Source: Octopus vulgaris (Eukaryota). Taken from it: 64,000 nucleotides of DNA. The stretch lies in NCBI GenBank assembly GCA_951406725.2, contig OX597823.1:59210001-59274000 (forward strand), given 5' to 3'. The stretch's first letter is position 1. Every line of letters starts with the position of its first letter. Below the pieces are notes generated by a model. It saw only the letters and a list, made by a program, of their open reading frames with translations. It had not been told where the DNA came from and did no database searches. Of the stretch, positions 55,377 through 64,000 are shown in pieces. The position numbers and the translations under genes were made by a program.

Positions 55377-55925
55377 TGATGCAGTACCAGGCATTGGCTC
55401 TCATGGCTTCTGATCTTAACTGATTGGAAGTGTCATCATGTATATTGTTTTGTCTTGGTCTAAAAGATGGGCCACAGCAAATATTCTGCTCAATACCACA
55501 CATTTGCTTGTCAGTTGTTTGACCATAACCAGTTGAGCATGTCCCTTAGTGGCTGACGATATGTGCATCTCTGATCACGAGCAGAAGTATTGGGTGAGCA
55601 TCATAGCCATATGTTGAGAGGGATTCTTTGGGGTTTGAATAATTCACGTCTGGAAACATGGGTGTTTCGTTCAACCTCCTTAAACAACCCTTATTCAGGG
55701 ACCTTTTAGCGGGATGGGTTACTTGACCAGAAGAAAATTTTAACTGGGCCCCACCTGCAAGATCATATGCTGTTTATCTTGATATGAGATCACTATGTCG
55801 CGCACATATGGTTGTGATGCATGTGCCTAGTGTACCCTTATCAGACGGGTAGTCATGATGGGTATACTGGGCTTCGTATATTTTACCCCCGTGTCACTTT
55901 GATGGCATGCACTGCTCTCTTACTC
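55377..55925 (+). mobile_element. ~545-bp non-coding interspersed element, copy 3
   Basis: Homolog of 3339-3881 lacking ~4 nt at the 5' end; (AAT)n tail leads directly into the R4/Dong LINE. Confidence 0.85.
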
Positions 55926-55943
55926 AATAATAATAATAATAAT

Positions 55944-55975
<32 letters not shown>

Positions 55976-55990
55976 TAATAATAATAATAA

Positions 55991-58900
55991 GGAGATACAC
56001 CGGGGGGCGTTTAAGATGTAAGAACGATAAAACAGAGCTCCGAAATCTATCCACAAGCATGGAAAACAAGGACATCGTATGGAGCCAAAGATTTACTAAC
56101 AAAGGATTGGACTGTATACGAGTAATTAATACTCATTGAAATGTATTACTATTTTCGAAACGAAATGATGTATTTTGACTCGATATCATCTCCACCTCTA
56201 ACACAACACATGTAAACATGCGTGAAACATTACGATCCATCAACACCAGATCATCCCCGATCCCAAACACCATGTACAAAGGAACTACGAAGAAATTAAA
56301 TACCACCGATATTATTCAACCCAAGAATAACAATCGGGAGGTACGTACTTTAAACTTACAACACAAAATGTACGAAAAACTACACGTGCAAAACAATGTG
56401 GCAACAGAAATGAACGGACCGGTACCCTACGAAAATGACGACCGTCAAAATAATGGGCCGGACGTTGTTCCTCATGTCCTGCAAATAAAACCCAAAATAC
56501 ATAAATGGACACGTGAGGAATACATTTCTATCCTACACGCATACTTCACAGCAGTGCTCTACCAAAAAATGAAAACACAACAACACATACATATAAAATA
56601 TGGAAGGAAAATAACATAAATATAGACTTGGATACAGCAATGAACCCTAATAAACTAGCTAACGTACGAAGATACATTCTCAACGCAAAAAAATATAAGA
56701 AATAGAAATAGAACATCTAAAAGAAAAAATACACGAGGAAAATGTAGATAGAAGCCACACAACAATGCCCAATAATATAAACACTGAAACAGTAAAACAT
56801 GAAGACAAACGTAACATTCCCAACAAACACGATGTAAACAAAAAACAACAAACCCAGACCGTAAGGATGCATAATGATACACGACAAACAGCAAGCCAAA
56901 ACACGGCAAACAAACATATAAATAAGAAAGAAAGTGACACAAATCTAAAACCTGGAAACTACGAAGGGGAGCCTAATGATTATGATAATATAAAAAGTAA
57001 AATAATCAAAGAACTGAAAACCACAGAGCTCAAAATGGACCACCGACCATACCTCCCAAAAATCAAAATAGACGAAACAACAACACCAATTATACACAGC
57101 ATAAACCTAGCCGTCACGGAACTAATAGCCACTGAAACAAAAAGCGATATCATTGAGTTAATGACTTAGTATACGCAGCAGCCACTGCAGCCACAAAAGA
57201 AGCTGGATACTCACTCAAACCCATCCAAACAGGAGTACCACCACCCAAACAAACCCTGTGGATAAATAACATCCAAAACAAAATACAAAAAATGAGAAAA
57301 GATCTGTCGATTCTTAATGAAATCAGTAGACAATCAACGCTACTGAGCAACAAAAAGAAAACAAAAATACTCTGCAAATATAACATTACAGAAAAAGATT
57401 TACCTGAGATAAAAGAAAAGCTGAAGCAAGATATCCTTGCCAAAGCACAAAGGATCCGCCGGTACGAGAAACGCCAGCGCTTCTTTGAACAAAACAAAAA
57501 GTTCAACTCCAAACCCAAAAAGTTCTACCAAGAACTTGGCAAAAATAAAATAGAAATCACTGCAGCACCAACGGCAGAAGAAGTGGAAGAATTCTGAAAA
57601 CTTTAACAACATACTAGCAGAGCCAGAGACAATGCCTGAATGGCTCGCGAAGGGGAAAACCATCTTAATTCCCAAATCAAATGAGACAGCAAAACCAGAA
57701 AAGTACAGACCAATAACCTGTCTCCCTACAATGTACAAAGCATTTACTGCAGTGATATCGAAAAGGTTGAACAAGCACCTGGACGAAAAAACCTGTTTCC
57801 AGAAGAGCTGAAAGGATGCCGCAAAGGCTCATATAGCTGTAAAGATCAACTAATGATTAATGAAGCCATAACTGAAGACAGCCACAGAAAGAAGAAAAGC
57901 CTCGGTATGGCCTGGATCGACTACAAAAAGGCGTTTTATAGCATCCCCCACACATGGATCCTCGAAACACTAGCCATTAACAAAATAGCACCAACAATCA
58001 TAAAATTCATAGAGCACTCTATGAATAAATGGCAAACAGTCCTACACCTCCAAACAAAAGAGGGACTCATGAAAACCAAAGACATCCCCATTAGAAGAGG
58101 AATATTCCAGGGAGACACGCTCTCTCCACTCCTTTTCTGCTTGGCACTGTCACCTCTATCTGATATGCTAAATAGAACTGGATGCGGATATAAATGTTAC
58201 GGCAAAACGATCAGCCACCTTTTATATATGGATGACCTAAAACTATACGCTGCAAATGACAAACAGCTGGAAACACTATTAAAGACAGTTCATGGATTTA
58301 CCAAAGAAATAGGTATGAAATTTGGATTAGAAAAATGCGCCAAAGTAACCATGAAAAGAGGAAAACTAGTTAAGAGTAGCGACATCACACTAGATAAAAC
58401 TAATGAAATAAAAGAATTTGACCAAAGCCAAACTTACAAATACTGAGGAATCCATGAACTAGATAAGACACAACACACACAAATGAAAGAGAAAATAAAA
58501 AAAGAATATTATAGACGAGTTAGATCAATACTAAAAACAGAGCTCAATGCTAAAAACAAGATAATAGGTATTAACACTTTAGCTGTCCCAGTTCTAAGTT
58601 ACAGCTACAATATCCTTAACTGGACACTAAATGAACTGACCAAAATAGTTGGGGAAAACAAGAAAAATACTGACAGGTTATAGGATGTATCACCCAAAAT
58701 CTGACATAGAAAGACTATATATACAACGTATAGAAGGTGGTAGAGGCTTTATACAACTGGAAAACTACTATAAAATAACCACCATAGGACTGCAAAAATA
58801 TCTACTTCAGAAGGAAGGAAAACTGATACAAATAGCGGCATAACACGAGCAAAACAAAAGACTGTTCTCAGTATTTAAGGAAGCTGACAAATACAAACAA

Positions 58901-59869
58901 GAAATCATACCACCTAATAAATATGAAGAAGATGATGAAACAACAAAAGCTATAAAACAATTGAAATCCAAACTAAAAATAGAACAGCAACGAACCATGA
59001 TAAAACGATGGCAAGAAAAGCCCCTTCATGGTAAATACTGGTCTAAACTAAACGCAAAAGAAATATACAAAGAAAAATCCCAGCAATGGTTGAGAAGCTC
59101 AGGACTCAAAGCAGAGACAGAGGGATTTTTAATTGCAGCACAAGACCAAAGCCTCCCCACCAGAAATTACCAAAAACATGTAATGAAAAGAAATATTACA
59201 AGTAACTGCAGAATATGTGGAGATGGACAAGAAACAATAAATCATATTATCTCTAGCTGCCCAGTCCTGGCTAAGAAGGAATATATTCACAGACATGACA
59301 GAGTTGGAACCTACATACATTGGAAGCTATGCCAACATTATGGAATAACAACAGAAAAAGATGGTATAGGCACACACCAGAAAAGGTCACAGAAAACGAG
59401 AAAGCAACCATACTTTGGGATATGCCGATACACACAGATAGAGAAATTAAGGCCAACAGACCAGATATAGTTGTCAGAGATCATGAAGAAAAAAAATGCT
59501 TTCTAATTGATGTATCAATACCGGCAGATGACAACGTGTCTCTAAAAGAAATGGAGAAACTTTCAAAATACAAAGACCTGGAAATAGAGGTAACCAGAAT
59601 GTGGAATCTAAAAACAGAAACAATTCCTATCATAGTAGGTGCATTAGGCATGATAAAAAAATATTCAGACAAATACATAACAAAAACACCAGGACTTACA
59701 AACACATATAACATACAGAAAATTGCACTACTAGCACTGCACACATCCTACGCAGAACACTTTCCATACAATAACCATCAGTGCATCACAACAAATCACA
59801 GCACATACCCAGGGCACAGAGCTGCGCTCGGTAGTGAAGTGAAAACATGCTATAAAAATAAAACTACTG
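55991..59869 (+). mobile_element. Near full-length R4/Dong-clade RLE non-LTR retrotransposon inserted in (TAA)n; ORF disrupted
   Basis: N-terminal KWTREE motif; RT KYRPITCLPTMYK, WIDYKKAF, GIFQGDTLSPLLF, HLLYMDDLKLY; CCHC CRICG..ETINHIISSC; RHD; RLE NRPDIVV..LIDVS..KLSKY; (TAA)n on both sides; stops, frameshifts and an apparent deletion near 57595. Confidence 0.96.
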
Positions 59870-60758
59870 AATAATAATAATAATTATTATTATTACATAT
59901 ATAATATATATATATATGTAATTATTAGATATTAGAAACGAATTTGCGATAGACAAGAGGAAAAATAAAATAGAAGCTATATGTGTGAGTTTCGGATATT
60001 ACCTATGTCTCTGTTACTCACTGCTATATCAGATTGGTTCCCATAATATCACATACTATTTTATGAGGAATATTTTACTAGTTAACTCTCATTGTCTGAT
60101 CAATATGGTGTACCTATCATCAGAGAATAAATCATATTCATACGTAGAGATAACCTATTCTACTGACCTACGTGTTATCTTGTCGAGTACAGTTAAAACA
60201 GAAATGAATGAATATAAATAAAAGCATAGTCTGAATAGTTAAAGTGCATAAGTAACAACATATTATACATACATATTGTAAAGTATTTATCGTGAGACAA
60301 AAATATCATTGACACAACCTAGACAGTGTTTACAACTTACAATGAAATGAAGCAATACAAAACACAATCAATCATCATTGCATTCAGAAAATAAAACTGA
60401 AAATATCTAGAAATTTTGGTGGATCTAGGAACTGTATTGTTATAGACTAACTATAAAGAGTATTGCTGAAATCAATTAATTAAAAGTATCTTTTAAGCCG
60501 TTTTACATATTTTGGTTTATCTTGTAAATAATGTCCAGTGATTGTAGGGCAGGTGTGTTTTAGTAGTATAAATTTTATGGAATATGTAAAACAAATCATC
60601 TCAAAACAATTTAAGATTAGTTAAATGAAAATAAGTACAGTTATAATATTATTATTATATTTCAATGGTGTTAATATATATCAGTTAATATAAAGGGAGC
60701 CGGTTAGAAAGCAGTAGCAGAAAAGTCTGTGTGGAATATAGAGAAAGAATACATACAC

Positions 60759-60987
60759 ATGTATGTATGTATGTATGTATGTATGTATGTATGTATGTAT
60801 GTATGTATGTATGTATGTATGTATGTATGTATGTATGTATGTATGTATGTACGTACGTACGTATGTATGTATGTATGTATGTATGTATGTATGTATGTAT
60901 GTATGTATGTATGTATGTATGTATGTACGTACGTATGTATGTATGTATGTATGTATGTATGTATGTATGTATGTATGTATGTATGTA
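60759..60987. repeat. (ATGT)n microsatellite, ~230 bp
   Basis: Direct reading. Confidence 0.98.
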
Positions 60988-61634
60988 TAATATAACTATA
61001 TAACATATATGCGTGTGTCTAGAAAAATGAGGTAATTGAAAATATTTATGTTATCCCGAATTCAACTGATGGCAGTATAGACGTGTAAACCAGCTCCAGT
61101 ATATTCAAGGTTCAAATCCTGATAAGGATGACTTCTACTTTTTAATTTTCTCGGGTCAGAAGAAAAAAATAAATGCAATATACTATTGAACTAAACAAAT
61201 AATCAAAGATACGTCAAACGCACCCTTTCCAAAATGTATGGCATTTTGCCTTGCTCATGCAAGATCAATATATTAAACTACGGGAATAACATGAGAAATA
61301 GTCAGAAATTCTGCAAGCATTTATAAATTCTTTTCTAAGTTGTCATTGATATGAAATGGAATGTGATATTATCATTATATTCAATACTAATTAAATACAA
61401 AATTAATTTCTAAATCGTAAATATTATCGCTTTCTATAATTTTCATGACAAAATATTTTAAAACATATGGTCATTTCGTTTTGGCTGTCTTTAATAATAA
61501 ATTTCAATCCCAAATTTCTTGTTGAGCAAGATGGTTATCATCCACAACATTAATTTTGTAGCGAATATCTTGATGCGGGGCTTTAGTTAGTTTCGTATTT
61601 TTGTATTGTATTACGTCTGTGTGTGTGTGCGCGC

Positions 61635-61670
<36 letters not shown>

Positions 61671-61690
61671 GTATGTATACATATGTGTGT

Positions 61691-61739
<49 letters not shown>

Positions 61740-63054
61740 GGCATATGTACACGCAAACACATACATACACACACACACAGACACATATATGATAAACTGA
61801 ATTTCTATTTTTATAAATTGCCGAAAAGAGAAAGAAAATTAAAAATGTAAAATGCAAAATATTCAAAATTAAGTAAAAACAATTGTTTCCTATAGGCAGT
61901 TATTATTTCAATGCATTTTTATATGCACTGTTTTAAAACAACTTAGTTGTAATTATTGAAATAGTAGCAATGGAATTTATTCTGTCGTGTCGTCGTCATC
62001 GTCGTTGTTCTTTCTTTTATTTATTTATTTTTTTTTTTATTTTAGTATTTCTTATATCTCTTTCTCTCTTAGATTGATTCATTAGCTTCTAATTGCTGTA
62101 AACCACAGTTTTTCTGACATTTGCATAAATAGAGACGAAAAATTGAATTAAAACCAAATAGAAAAATATAAGCCAAAACCAAATAAAAACAAGAAATTTG
62201 GAATAGGACACAGAAAATATACAAATAAATATAAATAATTAACTCATCTAATTTCTAATATTTGTTTTTACTCTTCTTTGTTTTCGTATTGTATTCTCTT
62301 TCGTTTCTATATGGAACATTCTCATTCTATATATTTTTCTTATTTTGCTTAAGAGCGTATAATTATTTATTATTTTTAAACTGTATATTTATTTCTTTTA
62401 GTTTTACTAAATTTTCATCAGTAATTTATAGTTTATTTGAGACTGCTCAAACTGCATGAAGTGCAAAGCAATTCACCAAACAGTCATAGCTTCAAGTATC
62501 GTTCTCCTATATAACAAATAAATAGCAATACATGCCAAGTTCTAAACAGATTTAGAACGTATTTCTACTTCATGTTACAATTAATTTTTTATCTTTTGTA
62601 CTGGATAATATAGCTGCTAGTGCAGTACATTCCTGAAATGTAATTTATACACTAACATTTCTATTTGTACTTTGTAACCAATCTTTTTTTGTTCTTACGT
62701 TACGATTTTTTTTTTACTTTTGACCACGCAACAATGTTAAGAGTAATAATATAGCGATGTTTTATTTACTGCACTGACATCAGTGCATCGCGTCCAACTG
62801 TTTCTAAAGCATTTATAGCAGTAACAACAAATCACATCAACAGTACTAAACAGTAACAGTATGAGGATCGAATCTCAAATAATATCATAAAACGTAATAT
62901 TATCCGATGAGAAATGTTAATGATTCTTATTGATCATGTGTATACGTGTGTGTGTGTGTGTATGTGTGCGCGTGTGTGTGTGCGCGTGTGGACGTGTCTG
63001 TGTGTGCGTATGCAATCAATACGAATCATCATTTTTCGTGAGATAATATTACAC

Positions 63055-63055
<1 letters not shown>

Positions 63056-63135
<80 letters not shown>

Positions 63136-63148
63136 TATCATCATCATC
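63056..63148. repeat. (CAT)n microsatellite
   Basis: Direct reading. Confidence 0.98.
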
Positions 63149-63454
63149 GCAACAAACGTCATTATTATCATCAAAAGAAATGATAATTATTATTACTAAT
63201 TACCAGATAGCAAGTTAAGTTACAGGAAACAACGGGCCTGTGGTATTTGTTCAGAATCTTTAGGTTCTGAGTTCAAGTCCCACTAAAGTTAAATTTGCCT
63301 CTGGGGGCGATAAAAAGAAAGTAGCCTGTATTCGGGTAGATACTATCGGTTATTCCTTTCCCCAAAAAATGTTTGACCTTGTTCTTATGTAAGATATTAT
63401 TATTGTTGTTAATGCAATTTATATTAGTTATCATTGATATTTATATTGTTGTTA

Positions 63455-63680
63455 AGACGGCGATCTGTTAGAATCGTTAGCTGGCCGGGTAAAATGCTTA
63501 GCGCTAATTCGTCCGTCTTTACGTTCTGAGTTCAAATTCTACTGAGGTCGACTTTGCCTTTCATCCTTTCGGGGTCAATAAATTAAGTACCAGTGTTTCT
63601 CTAGGATTGATGTAATCTACTAGTCCCCTCCCCACCCCCAAACTCCAGGTTTTGTTCCCTTAGTAGAAAGGATATTATCA
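63455..63680 (+). mobile_element. SINE family A monomer (old tail)
   Basis: Head, B-box, core and tail. Confidence 0.88.
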
Positions 63681-63783
63681 TTGTTGCTTGCCGTGAATAG
63701 ATGCTTGATCGGCGCACTGATAAAAAATTATTCGTCACAATCATTTTGATAAGAAATTTTTGTCTCGTTTAATCGACAAAGAA

Positions 63784-64000
63784 CCTCGGAACTTTCCAGG
63801 AAGTGCCCAAATCCTCGGAACTTTCTATGAAGTACCATAATCCTCGGAACTTTACAGGAAGTAGACAAATCCTCGCAAATTTCCAGGAAATTCTTTAATC
63901 CTCGGAACTTTCCAGGAAATAATCTACTAATGGGAACTTTCCAGGAAGTACCCAGATCCTCGGAAATCTCCGTGAAGTATCCTAATCCTCGGAACTTTCC
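63784..64000. repeat. 29-bp minisatellite (at least 7.5 units, runs off the window)
   Basis: 'cctcggaactttccaggaa' or variants at 63784, 63813, 63842, 63871, 63900, ~63929, 63958 and 63987. Confidence 0.92.

Noticed and set aside
63784-64000. CRISPR-like repeat/spacer pattern
   Set aside because: The variable parts are only ~10 nt and related to each other, and the context is eukaryotic; it is a minisatellite.

Overview
AT-rich, microsatellite-dense eukaryotic DNA that is intergenic or deep intronic. The SINE and LINE repertoire is what I recognise from coleoid cephalopods, most likely Octopus (an inference). No host protein-coding exon can be supported, and almost all ORFs in the track are microsatellite read-throughs. 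The window is a mosaic of mobile elements. (i) A near full-length but disrupted R4/Dong-type restriction-like-endonuclease (RLE) LINE lies at 55991-59869 between (TAA)n tracts, and a same-orientation train of R4/Dong fragments lies at 3.3-9.7 kb. (ii) Three copies of a ~545-bp non-coding element end in (AAT)n. (iii) Several tRNA-derived SINE families are present; one forms head-(body-tail)n multimers, including an 8-unit array with a 185-bp period. (iv) Penelope-like remnants include a GIY-YIG fragment, several fold-back elements next to (TA)n, and 5 intact-core plus several degenerate hammerhead ribozyme motifs. (v) There are non-autonomous Helitrons and a Helentron-like element, mariner remnants (one nested in an RTE LINE), and a 29-bp minisatellite at the right edge. 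The best candidates for undescribed biology are the apparently self-targeting, polar-growing SINE arrays, the TAA-targeted 545-bp element, and the fold-back hammerhead elements with a long stem II.
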